DNA of 64,000 nucleotides from Oxalobacteraceae bacterium (GCA_027484285.1 JAIXTG010000114.1:34848-98847), one strand, 5' to 3'; positions 9,596 to 18,511 are shown, counted from the stretch's first letter. Notes: generated by a model from the sequence alone, not told the origin. Numbers and translations: made by a program.

Positions 9596-10822
9596 ATGGC
9601 GACCGGCGGCGCACCCCGGCGCGATGGCCCTGTGGCGCTGTCGGCGCTGTTCGACGATGCGCTGCGGGAACTGGTGCCACCCGCACCGCCGGCTGCACGC
9701 GGCAACGCCCCTACGTCGCCGGCCGCGCCGGTCAGCGACGGCTTTCTCTACAGCGGCAACCGGCATGAGAGCGTGCCGCGCGCGCTGTTCCTCGACCGGC
9801 GCCTGACGCCACTGGAGCGCAATGCCTGGCAGGTGTTCCGCCTGCAGCTCCAGAGCGACGGTGTGACGGCGTTCCCGACCTACGACCAGCTCCGGCCCTA
9901 TCTCGCGTCGATGCCTTGTGCGGCGCAGGCCTCGCACGAGACCGTGGCTCGCGCCCTGACGCTGCTGCGGCTGACGCGCTGGCTGAGCCTGGTGCGACGA
10001 CGCCGCGACCCGAAGACCGGGCGCATCCTGGGAAATCTCTACGTGCTGCACGACGAACCGCTGACGCCCTTCGAGGCGATGCAGCTCGACCCCGACTACC
10101 TCGGCCTGGTCAGCCAAGCGCTGACCCATGCCGCGAAGGCGGTGCAGATCGTCGGCGCGAACACCCTGCGCGAGATCGCCGAAGACCCGATGCTCAATGG
10201 CCGCACGCTGCCCACGCGCTTGCAGGTGCTGGCACAGCGCATGGCACGCAACGAATGGGCCGATGCGAGTTGTCCACAAGAGCCTGTGGATCACGATTCC
10301 GAAGAAGGCCAGGGCGGCCTACTTCGGAATCTCGATGGCCCGTCTTCGGATTCCGAAGCAGGGCCGAAGCCCGCGCCAGACGGCTCACTTCGGAATCCGA
10401 AGGAGGACCGTACTGTACGTATGGATCGTATAAATCAAGTACGTACAGTACCGCGCGCGAAAGCGCTGCAGCACTTGCGCCTGCCCGAGCGTCTGCTGCG
10501 ATTGAAGGACGAGCAGCAGAGCGGCGCGCTCGTGGCTTTGCAGCAGGTGGACGAGCCCCTTCGGCAGGCGGTGCTGGACGAATGGGATGCGCGTTGCCGC
10601 AACAGCGCGGTGCGCAACCCGGCCGGCTATCTGTTCGGCATCATCCAGAAGGCGATCCGCGGGGAGTTCAAGGCCTGGGCAGGTGACAACGGCGCAGCGC
10701 CACAAGTCGCTCGAACACCTGCGCCGGCACACGCCACACCTGCTGCCGAGTCCCGTCCCGCCGATCCCGAGGTGGCGCGCGCCTACCTGGCACAGATTCG
10801 ATCCAACCTCCGCCGCCCTTGA
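9596..10822 (+). CDS. STY4528-family ICE replication/HTH protein
   Basis: SGNRHESVPRALFLDRRLTPLERNAW and C-terminal VRNPAGYLFGII. Conserved position. Confidence 0.75.
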   Translation: MATGGAPRRDGPVALSALFDDALRELVPPAPPAARGNAPTSPAAPVSDGFLYSGNRHESVPRALFLDRRLTPLERNAWQVFRLQLQSDGVTAFPTYDQLRPYLASMPCAAQASHETVARALTLLRLTRWLSLVRRRRDPKTGRILGNLYVLHDEPLTPFEAMQLDPDYLGLVSQALTHAAKAVQIVGANTLREIAEDPMLNGRTLPTRLQVLAQRMARNEWADASCPQEPVDHDSEEGQGGLLRNLDGPSSDSEAGPKPAPDGSLRNPKEDRTVRMDRINQVRTVPRAKALQHLRLPERLLRLKDEQQSGALVALQQVDEPLRQAVLDEWDARCRNSAVRNPAGYLFGIIQKAIRGEFKAWAGDNGAAPQVARTPAPAHATPAAESRPADPEVARAYLAQIRSNLRRP

Positions 10823-10831
10823 CCGTCTGGG

Positions 10832-10848
10832 CTATCCCCAGGGGATAG
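10832..10848. repeat. 17-bp palindrome CTATCCCCAGGGGATAG, copy 1
   Basis: 8-1-8 perfect inverted repeat, identical at 12196 and 14155. Confidence 0.95.
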
Positions 10849-10881
10849 TTGGGACAGCCCCTCTTCCGCAAGTCCGTCCCG

Positions 10882-12096
10882 TCAATCTGCTTCCACCTCT
10901 CCCGAGGATTCACCCCAATAGGCGTAGTTGAACAGTGCATCCAATTCCGTGAAGTCGGCCAGGCCCAGCGCCTGTCGCACCTCCTCGGCATGCTGGCAAT
11001 ACCTTGCGTAGTCGTCGGGACCGACGTTTTGCTTGTTTGGATGTAGGGGATATGCCCTGATCCCGGCCAATGCCAGCCCCGACACCGCGTTTTGGTTCAT
11101 CACCGCGAACCGCTTGTTGTCAAGTGCGTGCAGCACCTCGGTCAGTAGGTTGATGCCTGCTCGCGGGATGTGCTCGAAGTGCGCATGAAGAACTGCGAAG
11201 GCGTCTCCAGGTGGGAGAGTGCCTTGGCCCACGATGTCTCTTACCGCTGCGACGAACTGACCTGGATGCTCCGCGATTCGGTTCTTGCCGCGATGCAAGC
11301 CACCCGAATGCAGCAGGCCGATCAACGTTTCAAATCGGGCCAGGAACCCTTGACTCGTATTCCCACGCGCGACGGCCCATTCCTCCAACATCCGCCTTGC
11401 CTGGCGAAGGTTGCCCTTTCGTAGGGCTTTCTGTTCCGTGAAGCCATGTTCTGAATCGTCGCTTTTCATCAACTCCAGAATGCCGGCCAACGTCGTGAAG
11501 TTCGGGCCAATCGCGCTGCTTGCCTTCTGCGCACGCTTCTTGGCCACCTTTCGGAAGATGTCGTGGATGACGTACTCCCGTTCATAGGCGTCAATGCGGT
11601 CCCTGGTCGCCGGGACGATGATTTCGTCATCGATCAGAGCGTCGAAATGCTGAGTGACCGAGGCCATCAGCGTGTCGCTCGTGCCCTCGACCAAGGCTGA
11701 TGCCTCATAGTTGGCGTAGAGGCCTCCTTGTGTGAAATTGGCCGATCCGACGATCACCGAGCATCCCTTGCTGTGCTGAAAGGCGTAGATCTTCGGATGG
11801 AATGTCTCGCTGGAATCACTGAGGTACAGCTTGAGCGCGTGTTCTTTGGTCAGCTCCAGCAGCTTTCGGAGCACGACGGGCTCGGTCAGATAGAAGTCGA
11901 GGCCGATTGCAAATCGGGCTTCCAGTCCGCGCTCAAGCGCCTTGCGCAGTGACTTCAGCAGCCCGTTCAGGGCCGATGCCTTCGCAAAGGCCACCAAGCA
12001 TTCCAGGCGCTCCGCCTGCTTCAGCAGTTTCACGAGCTTGTCGCCGTGCCCGCGTTCCTCGTTCACCAGCAGTTGAACGGCGGTCTCATCCTTCAT
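10882..12096 (-). CDS. Phospholipase D-family nuclease (single HxK motif) with a C-terminal HhH-like domain
   Basis: FHPKIYAF...VIVGSANFT matches BfiI/NgoFVII-type PLD nucleases. GGGGG RBS before ATG 12096. Antisense to the backbone, with lower GC (about 58% in a sampled 60-mer). Confidence 0.8.
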   Translation of the reverse strand: MKDETAVQLLVNEERGHGDKLVKLLKQAERLECLVAFAKASALNGLLKSLRKALERGLEARFAIGLDFYLTEPVVLRKLLELTKEHALKLYLSDSSETFHPKIYAFQHSKGCSVIVGSANFTQGGLYANYEASALVEGTSDTLMASVTQHFDALIDDEIIVPATRDRIDAYEREYVIHDIFRKVAKKRAQKASSAIGPNFTTLAGILELMKSDDSEHGFTEQKALRKGNLRQARRMLEEWAVARGNTSQGFLARFETLIGLLHSGGLHRGKNRIAEHPGQFVAAVRDIVGQGTLPPGDAFAVLHAHFEHIPRAGINLLTEVLHALDNKRFAVMNQNAVSGLALAGIRAYPLHPNKQNVGPDDYARYCQHAEEVRQALGLADFTELDALFNYAYWGESSGEVEAD

Positions 12097-12195
12097 CGTT
12101 TGACCCCCTTCTTGCGTGCGGCAGCCCCAAACCAGGGGCAACCAATGGCCATTGTCCAGGTCTGCCTGCAGGCTCGGTCCTCTCCTGCCAGGCAT

Positions 12196-12212
12196 CTATC
12201 CCCAGGGGATAG
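12196..12212. repeat. 17-bp palindrome CTATCCCCAGGGGATAG, copy 2
   Basis: Identical to copies 1 and 3. Confidence 0.95.
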
Positions 12213-12334
12213 CAGACACAGATCACCTTCCAGCGACTGGAAAACCAGGAGCGGCGCGGTTGCGGTTTGTTGACTGACGCCCTTCCGGGCGATGCCGATG
12301 CTGGCGACTCGTTCCCTTACCGCGAGTCGTCACC

Positions 12335-13108
12335 ATGTCCAACGAATCCCAGCAGCCCCTGCAATTGAATCTCGGATCGCTGCGCAGCGCGATGTCACTG
12401 ACGCTGCACACCCACCACGCTTCACGCATCTGGCATGGCCGAGCGCCCGCTGAGGGCCGGCCCGGGATCATCGGCCTCAACGGCTACATCAGCGTGATGA
12501 ACAAGATGAAGCGCGGGGCCGAACAGGACGATCCTTACTCGGACTGGTGGATGCTGCGCATCGAGGACAAGCTGACGCAGACCAAGGCGAGCTTGCAGGC
12601 GCTGCGCGAGCAGGTGGACCAGGCGCTGGCCGACGTGCCACCCGCACTGTCGCTGGGCGAAAACATGAACGTGCAGCCCGTGAAGCTGCCGCTGTTCGTC
12701 AATGCGCAGCTCGGCTTCATGGCGGTGTACCTGCTGGCCGACTACGACGACCTGGCACGCAAGCTGATCCTCGCCCACCACACTGCGCTAATCGACCGCG
12801 GCACGTTGGAACGCTGGCTCAACGACGGCGCGCACGCGCTGCGCAGCCTGTTCTCCCTGGCACAGCAGTACCGCTACGCCGGCGCGACTCGCGACGACTT
12901 CGCCTCGAAGAACGCGGTGGCGCGGGCAGCGCTGGAGAAGTTCGGCGAGCTGCCGCAGGACGTGCTCGAAGGCACGCGCCGCTCGCGCTTTGCGCCACCG
13001 ATCGCGCGGCGGGCGGGCAAGCCTGGTGCAACCGCTGAGGCCGCGCCCGTCGCTGGCGCAGCCGACGTGGCGGACGACGATCTGGACGGCGAAGGCGCCA
13101 AGGCATGA
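12335..13108 (+). CDS. PFL_4669-family ICE protein (DUF1845)
   Basis: LGSLRSAMSLTLHTHHASRIWHGR and DDPYSDWWMLRIE. Confidence 0.8.
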   Translation: MSNESQQPLQLNLGSLRSAMSLTLHTHHASRIWHGRAPAEGRPGIIGLNGYISVMNKMKRGAEQDDPYSDWWMLRIEDKLTQTKASLQALREQVDQALADVPPALSLGENMNVQPVKLPLFVNAQLGFMAVYLLADYDDLARKLILAHHTALIDRGTLERWLNDGAHALRSLFSLAQQYRYAGATRDDFASKNAVARAALEKFGELPQDVLEGTRRSRFAPPIARRAGKPGATAEAAPVAGAADVADDDLDGEGAKA

Positions 13109-13656
13109 CGGCATCGCCTTCGACCGGCCAACCGGCGCGCTTCCTGCCGCTGGAACAGGCGGACTTCCAGCGCCTGGAACACGCGGGCTACCTAAAAGGC
13201 CTTTTACAGCCTTTTAAGGGTAAGGGGAGTCTGGAGGCCTGGGCCAGCCAGTGCACGGCGCTGCGCGATGACGTGATCGGCTTGGCGCAGCGGCGTGTGC
13301 TGCAACAGGCGCGGGCCTATCCCTTCTCGCTGCTCGATGTGCAACTGGCCCAGCAGACCACTGGCGCAGGCACGACCTTCCTGCGCTGGCGCAACCACGA
13401 TCGTTCCTCGATGGGCGTGGCGCTGTGGGAGTCGCTGCTCGACCGCCCGGCAACGCCGGCCTCGCTGATCGATGACCTGTACGCGATGGAGTTGCAGCGC
13501 ATCGCGCTGAACATGCAGATCAGCCTCCTTCACACGCTGGGCCGCCAGGCCCAGGAGTGCGCCAGCAAGGCCGCGCAGGCCGAAGCGGCTTACCTGCGGC
13601 GTGTCCACGGGCATGCCGCGTCCGTTCCATCCACCACCCCCAAGGAGTCACCATGA
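13105..13656 (+). CDS. inrR: DUF3158-family InrR-like regulator
   Basis: YLKGLLQPFKGKG...TTFLRWRN...LNMQISL. Lies between PFL_4669 and ssb. Confidence 0.7.
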   Translation: MTASPSTGQPARFLPLEQADFQRLEHAGYLKGLLQPFKGKGSLEAWASQCTALRDDVIGLAQRRVLQQARAYPFSLLDVQLAQQTTGAGTTFLRWRNHDRSSMGVALWESLLDRPATPASLIDDLYAMELQRIALNMQISLLHTLGRQAQECASKAAQAEAAYLRRVHGHAASVPSTTPKESP

Positions 13657-14102
13657 GCACGCACTTCGTCGGCGAGGGCAACATCGGTTCCGCGCCGGAC
13701 TATCGCGAATTCCCCAACGGCAACGACGAGCCGCGCCGGCTACTGCGCCTGAACGTCTACTTCGACAACCCGATCCCGAAGAAGGACGGCGAGTACGAGG
13801 ACCGCGGCGGGTTCTGGGCACCCGTGGAGCTGTGGCACCGCGACGCCGACCACTGGCAGACGCTGTACCAGAAGGGCATGCGGGTGCTGGTGGAAGGCCG
13901 CACCGTGAAGGACGAGTGGGAAGACGCCGACGACAACGAGCGCACCACCTTCAAGATCGAGGCCCGGCGCATTGGCATTCTGCCGTACCGCCTCCAGGCT
14001 GTGACCCTCAGCGCCAGGACGCTGGAACCCGAGGCGGCAGTACCGCCGCCGAAGGAAACCAAGGGGACGAAGGCGCCGAAGGAAACCAAGGCCAAGGGCT
14101 GA
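13653..14102 (+). CDS. ssb: Single-stranded DNA-binding protein
   Basis: OB-fold (MSTHFVGEGNIGSAP...LYQKGMRVLVEG). Lys-rich repeated tail. Confidence 0.88.
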   Translation: MSTHFVGEGNIGSAPDYREFPNGNDEPRRLLRLNVYFDNPIPKKDGEYEDRGGFWAPVELWHRDADHWQTLYQKGMRVLVEGRTVKDEWEDADDNERTTFKIEARRIGILPYRLQAVTLSARTLEPEAAVPPPKETKGTKAPKETKAKG

Positions 14103-14154
14103 TTCCCCCGCAGGGGGCGGCTGTAGCAACCGTCAGACGCCCGCCATGCACCAG

Positions 14155-14171
14155 CTATCCCCAGGGGATAG
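14155..14171. repeat. 17-bp palindrome CTATCCCCAGGGGATAG, copy 3
   Basis: Identical to copies 1 and 2. Lies between ssb and topB. Confidence 0.95.
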
Positions 14172-14382
14172 CGCCAGGGTGTTCCACCGAGTTCCAGCCG
14201 CCCTCCCGAAACGACGCTCCCGCTGCGCCAGCCTTTGCGGTCAGGTCGTACCTGCTGCGGCAACGCATCGCCCGCCGTTCACAAAGCGGTGTCTATGCCG
14301 ATCGGCTTCCTTGCTGCCGTCATCCGCTGGCCCGGCCAAGCTGGGGGCCATCCGATGAACCGCACACTTCCAAGGAGGCTTC

Positions 14383-16401
14383 ATGCGCGTGTTCCTGTGC
14401 GAGAAGCCGTCCCAGGGCAAGGACATCGCCCGTGTACTGGGCGCGGGCCAACGCGGCAACGGCTGCTACAGCGGTGCGGGTGTCGTCGTGACCTGGTGCA
14501 TCGGTCATCTGGTCGAAGCGGTTGCGCCCGAAGGCTATGGCGAGCAGTACAAGCGCTGGGCCATCGAGCAACTGCCCATTCTTCCCGAGCGCTGGCGTGT
14601 CGAACCCAAGGCGGCGACCGCGGCGCAGTTCAAGGTCGTGCAGCAGCTCGTCGCCAAGGCGGGCGAGCTGGTGATCGCGACTGACGCCGACCGCGAAGGC
14701 GAGATGATCGCCCGCGAAATCATCGAGCTGTGCGGCTACCGCGGCCCAATCCAGCGGTTGTGGCTGTCCGCGCTCAACGATGCGTCGATCCGCAAGGCCC
14801 TGGCGGCGCTCAAGCCGTCCGTCGAGACGCTGCCGCTGTACTTCTCCGCGCTCGCCCGATCGCGTGCCGACTGGCTGATCGGGATGAACCTAAGCCGCCT
14901 GTTCACGTTGCTCGGGCGCCAGGCCGGCTACAACGGCGTGCTGTCGGTCGGGCGTGTGCAGACGCCCACGCTCAAGCTGGTCGTGGACCGTGATCGCGAG
15001 ATCGCACGCTTCGTCTCGGTGCCGTTCTGGGCCATCGAGGTCGCGCTTTCGCATGCGGGCCAGTCCTTCGTCGCAAGCTGGATGCCGCCGCAGGGCAGCG
15101 CCGACGACGCCGGCCGCTGCCTGCAGCAGCCGGTGGCGCAGCAGGCAACCGCACAACTGCGCGCGGCCGGCGCCGCCCAGGTGCTGTCGGTGGAGACCGA
15201 GCGCGTGCGCGAAGGCCCGCCGCTGCCGTTCGACCTCGGCACCTTGCAGGAGGTGTGCTCCAAGCAGTTGGGCCTCGACGTGCAGGAAACGCTGGACATT
15301 GCCCAGGCGCTGTACGAGACGCACAAGGCGACCACGTATCCGCGCTCGGATTCAGGCTACCTGCCCGAGAGCATGCTGGCAGATGTGCCGGCCGTCCTCG
15401 ACAGCCTGGTCAAGACCGATCCCAGCCTGCGACCGCTGATCGACCGCCTGGATCGCCAACAGCGTTCGCGGGCCTGGAACGACGGCAAGATCACGGCGCA
15501 CCACGGCATCATTCCGACGCTGGAACCGGCCAACCTCTCGGCGATGAGCGACAAGGAGCTGGCCGTCTACCGATTGGTCCGCGCGCACTACCTCGCGCAG
15601 TTCCTGCCGCATCACGAGTTCGACCGGACGGTGGCGCAGCTTACGTGCGGCGGGCAGTCGCTGGTCGCGGTCGGCAAGCAGATCGCGGTGGCCGGATGGC
15701 GCCAGGTGCTGGCGGCGCCGGAGCCCGACGACACGGACGGCGAGGACGCGCAGCGCGGCCAGGTGCTGCCGGCGTTGCGCGCCGGGGCCTCCTGCCAGGT
15801 CGGCCAGGTCGAACTGAAGGCGTTGAAGACGCTGCCGCCCAAGCCCTACACGCAAGGCGAACTGGTCAAAGCCATGAAAGGCGTCGCCAAGCTAGTGACC
15901 GACCCGCGCCTGAAGCAGAAGCTCAAGGACACCACGGGCATCGGCACCGAGGCCACACGTGCCAACATCATCAGCGGGTTGCTGGCCCGCGGTTATCTCT
16001 TGAAGAAGGGCCGTGCCATCCGCGCGTCGGATGCGGCATTCACGCTGATCGACGCGGTGCCGGCGGCCATCGCCGATCCGGGCACGACGGCGGTGTGGGA
16101 GCAGGCGCTGGACATGATCGAGGCCGGTCAGATGACGCTGGACACCTTCATCGCCAAGCAATCGAGCTGGGTCGCCCAGCTCGTGCAGCAGTACCGCAGC
16201 GCCACACTCGATCTCAAGCTGCCGCCTGCACCGAGCTGCCCGCAATGCGGCGCCCCGATGCGCCAGCGCAGCGGCAAGAGCGGCGCGTTTTGGTCTTGCA
16301 GCCGCTATCCGGACTGCAAGGGCACGCAGCCGATCGAAGACGCCGCGGCAGGCAAGCGCGGCGCGTCCAGCCCGCGGCATCGGCGTCCCAAGGCGAGCTG
16401 A
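14383..16401 (+). CDS. topB: DNA topoisomerase III
   Basis: CEKPS, ATDADREGE, GRVQTPTL, TTYPRSD and GIGTEATR motifs; C-terminal zinc ribbon CPQC...CSRYPDC. Confidence 0.95.
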   Translation: MRVFLCEKPSQGKDIARVLGAGQRGNGCYSGAGVVVTWCIGHLVEAVAPEGYGEQYKRWAIEQLPILPERWRVEPKAATAAQFKVVQQLVAKAGELVIATDADREGEMIAREIIELCGYRGPIQRLWLSALNDASIRKALAALKPSVETLPLYFSALARSRADWLIGMNLSRLFTLLGRQAGYNGVLSVGRVQTPTLKLVVDRDREIARFVSVPFWAIEVALSHAGQSFVASWMPPQGSADDAGRCLQQPVAQQATAQLRAAGAAQVLSVETERVREGPPLPFDLGTLQEVCSKQLGLDVQETLDIAQALYETHKATTYPRSDSGYLPESMLADVPAVLDSLVKTDPSLRPLIDRLDRQQRSRAWNDGKITAHHGIIPTLEPANLSAMSDKELAVYRLVRAHYLAQFLPHHEFDRTVAQLTCGGQSLVAVGKQIAVAGWRQVLAAPEPDDTDGEDAQRGQVLPALRAGASCQVGQVELKALKTLPPKPYTQGELVKAMKGVAKLVTDPRLKQKLKDTTGIGTEATRANIISGLLARGYLLKKGRAIRASDAAFTLIDAVPAAIADPGTTAVWEQALDMIEAGQMTLDTFIAKQSSWVAQLVQQYRSATLDLKLPPAPSCPQCGAPMRQRSGKSGAFWSCSRYPDCKGTQPIEDAAAGKRGASSPRHRRPKAS

Positions 16402-16990
16402 CGCCCACGTCTCCCTCTGCCACGCCGGCTGCTGCCGACGGCGGGGCAAACCTCCCGCGCCCCGCGGGACTCCCCAGCGCGCGTTCCCTTCTGCAACGGT
16501 GTGCGCGTCCTGCACGGACCGATCACGGCTTGCAGGGCGAGAAGGTCATTGCTCCATCGAATCGCGCTCGTCGCGGTTCCGTTGATCGAGGTGCTTCCGC
16601 CATCCGTGAGCGGTCTCCTGACGCCTTGGCTTGCAATGCTGCGAGGTGTCAGGAGACCGCTCGCGGTCGACGGTATTCGGTGCCGGTGCCCGCCGGCGGA
16701 ACAACGGGTTCCCTTTGTGTGTGGATACACGCCAGAGGATGCCGGCCCCAGCCACGAAACGGGCCGGGTGAGATTGCTGACGCAGCGAATGGCTTTGACG
16801 ACGGCCTGGCCTGCTTGCAGCCCACAGGTGGATTGATTCCTCTCCAGCCGAAGTCCCTCGGGGCTTCGGCGCCTTTGTCGTGGGCGGACGGATCGTGCAC
16901 CGCTCCTGCCGGCAGTGCTCGGGCCAAATCGGACGACGCGCAGTTCCGTTTGATCGGCGACGGTGCGCTTCGGGGCTTCCATCCTTCCTG

Positions 16991-17067
16991 CATGTGTCGC
17001 TGACGGTCGTCAGCAGCATGCCCTGGCAGCCCAGGTCTTCAAGGCTGCAACGCGGTTCGCCACGTTG
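16991..17067 (+). repeat. Dispersed three-hairpin element, copy 1
   Basis: GCTGAC/GTCAGC, then CATGCCCTG, GCAGCC/GGCTGC around CTTCAA, then a TTCG-loop hairpin. Confidence 0.8.
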
Positions 17068-17207
17068 ACCGATCCAGTCCGCTTCGCACCGACCACCGCG
17101 GACGCGTGTCATCACGACGCGGGTGCTTTTCATGTTCAACCCTTCGGGAAGTGTCCCGCTCCCGAAAGGGCGTGGTGCTCCCGGTCTTCAACTACCAGGA
17201 GAAACCC

Positions 17208-17459
17208 ATGTCCCTTGCGTTCGCATCGGCACCTTTGAGTGCTGAACAGGCCCGCGCCGAATCCATCGGCTACCAGGCTCTGGCCTACGTCGGCAAGCGC
17301 CTGCCCCTGCAGGTGCTGTGCAGCGCGGCCGGCCACTACATCGGCACCGCCGATGTGGACGGCCCGGTCTCGCGCGAGTCGGTCAGCTACTTCCGCTCGC
17401 ACCACGCCGCCGAGCACGCCCTGCAAACGGGCCGCTGGCAGCAGCGACTCAACCCGTGA
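17208..17459 (+). CDS. Conserved ICE hypothetical protein (83 aa)
   Basis: AGGAG RBS; LPLQVLCSAAGHYIGT...PVSRES. Confidence 0.75.
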   Translation: MSLAFASAPLSAEQARAESIGYQALAYVGKRLPLQVLCSAAGHYIGTADVDGPVSRESVSYFRSHHAAEHALQTGRWQQRLNP

Positions 17460-17483
17460 TGTCCAACCACCAGGAGCCAAGTC

Positions 17484-17876
17484 ATGAACCGTGCCCTGCC
17501 TCAAGAGGTACTTGATCAGATTGAGCTGGAACACCAGCACTTCGCTGCCGCACCCCAAGCCTTCTTCGAGGCATGGAAGCGCGGCGTCCACATCGCCGGA
17601 GCCGAATGGTTCGGCGACGGAACCCGCGAAGGCCTGCGGCGTGCCACCACCAAGTGGGATCTGCGGCCAAAGCTGATGATGCTCAACGACGCCCTCGGCG
17701 TCCTGAGCAGCGGCCAGCGGATGTTCCTGTCCGCGATGGTGAGCTTCTACAACGCCCGTGAGGGCGGTGCGATGCTCAAGCGTTGCGGCTTCGAGGGTCT
17801 GTCCGACCTGGGCGGCCTCGACCTGGAACGGCGCAAGGTCATCGCCGACCTGACGCTGAACTACAACGGCTGGTGA
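17484..17876 (+). CDS. Conserved ICE hypothetical protein (130 aa)
   Basis: AGGAG RBS; high-GC3 codon usage. Confidence 0.75.
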   Translation: MNRALPQEVLDQIELEHQHFAAAPQAFFEAWKRGVHIAGAEWFGDGTREGLRRATTKWDLRPKLMMLNDALGVLSSGQRMFLSAMVSFYNAREGGAMLKRCGFEGLSDLGGLDLERRKVIADLTLNYNGW

Positions 17877-17976
17877 GCTGCTTCGGCCCGCCAACGTTCT
17901 TCCTTTTCTCCCACCCCACGAGGGACATGCGTCCCTATGCGGGGCCATGTCCCTCCTTTCTTCATAGGAGTGAATC

Positions 17977-18431
17977 ATGTCCCCTGACTTTTCCATCGGT
18001 CTGCTCGTGACCGACGACGACATCGATGCGGTCATCCTGGAAGGTTGGCCGGCCGACGTGCGCAAGCCGCGCATGGTGGTATTCGACTACGCCGGCAACG
18101 ATGTGCAAGACGAGTATGTGCTGCATGTCAGCAGCGGAACTCCGAACACCGGATTGACCGGGCGCGAGGTTTTTCCGGTCGAGTACGGCCCTAACTGCCG
18201 TTACCCATCGCCCGCTGAAGTCCTTTCGGTGCTCGATGCACGCAAGCCGGCCGAAAAACCTTCCGCGCTGAGCATCGCCCGCAACGTACACCAAAGCATC
18301 CTTGACTTGGATGCGCGGCTTGATCGCCTGGAGCAGGCGACGACTACAACAGCCTGTACCAGCTTGCGAATGGCGGCCTGATCGACCTGTTGAAGGTGCT
18401 GGGCGACCCGTCCTCTACCGCTGCCGGCTGA
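17977..18431 (+). pseudogene. ICE hypothetical gene with a probable frameshift near 18336
   Basis: After ...RLEQ the ORF tail has atypical codons, while the -1 frame reads GDDYNSLYQLANGGLIDLLKVLGDPSSTAAG* with normal codon usage, ending at 18431. Confidence 0.55.
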
Positions 18432-18511
18432 CCGGCTGCCACTTCATCCACCCGCTGGGGTTCAATCCCCAGCAGGGGATTGCCTCGGCCATCCTCTGCT
18501 GGAGAAATCCC

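Noticed and set aside
10882-12096. The PLD gene as a lipid-modifying phospholipase or cardiolipin synthase
   Set aside because: It has a single HxK motif in a nuclease-like context, no second HKD, and no TM segment or signal peptide.
12150-12195. Minus-strand ATGCCTGGCAGG...CCTGC upstream of the PLD gene as a sixth copy of the three-hairpin element
   Set aside because: Only the ATGCC-TGGCAG words and one stem match. P1 and the CTTCAA loop are absent, so it is too weak without a covariance-model score.
16501-16836. 111-aa ORF in the post-topB region as a real gene
   Set aside because: No RBS, codon usage unlike the backbone, and the region is better explained by hairpins.
18463-18482. CAATCCCC-AGCA-GGGGATTG as a fourth copy of the 17-bp palindrome
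   Set aside because: The spacer is 4 nt instead of 1 and the outer bases differ. It fits the pre-RBS hairpin class better.
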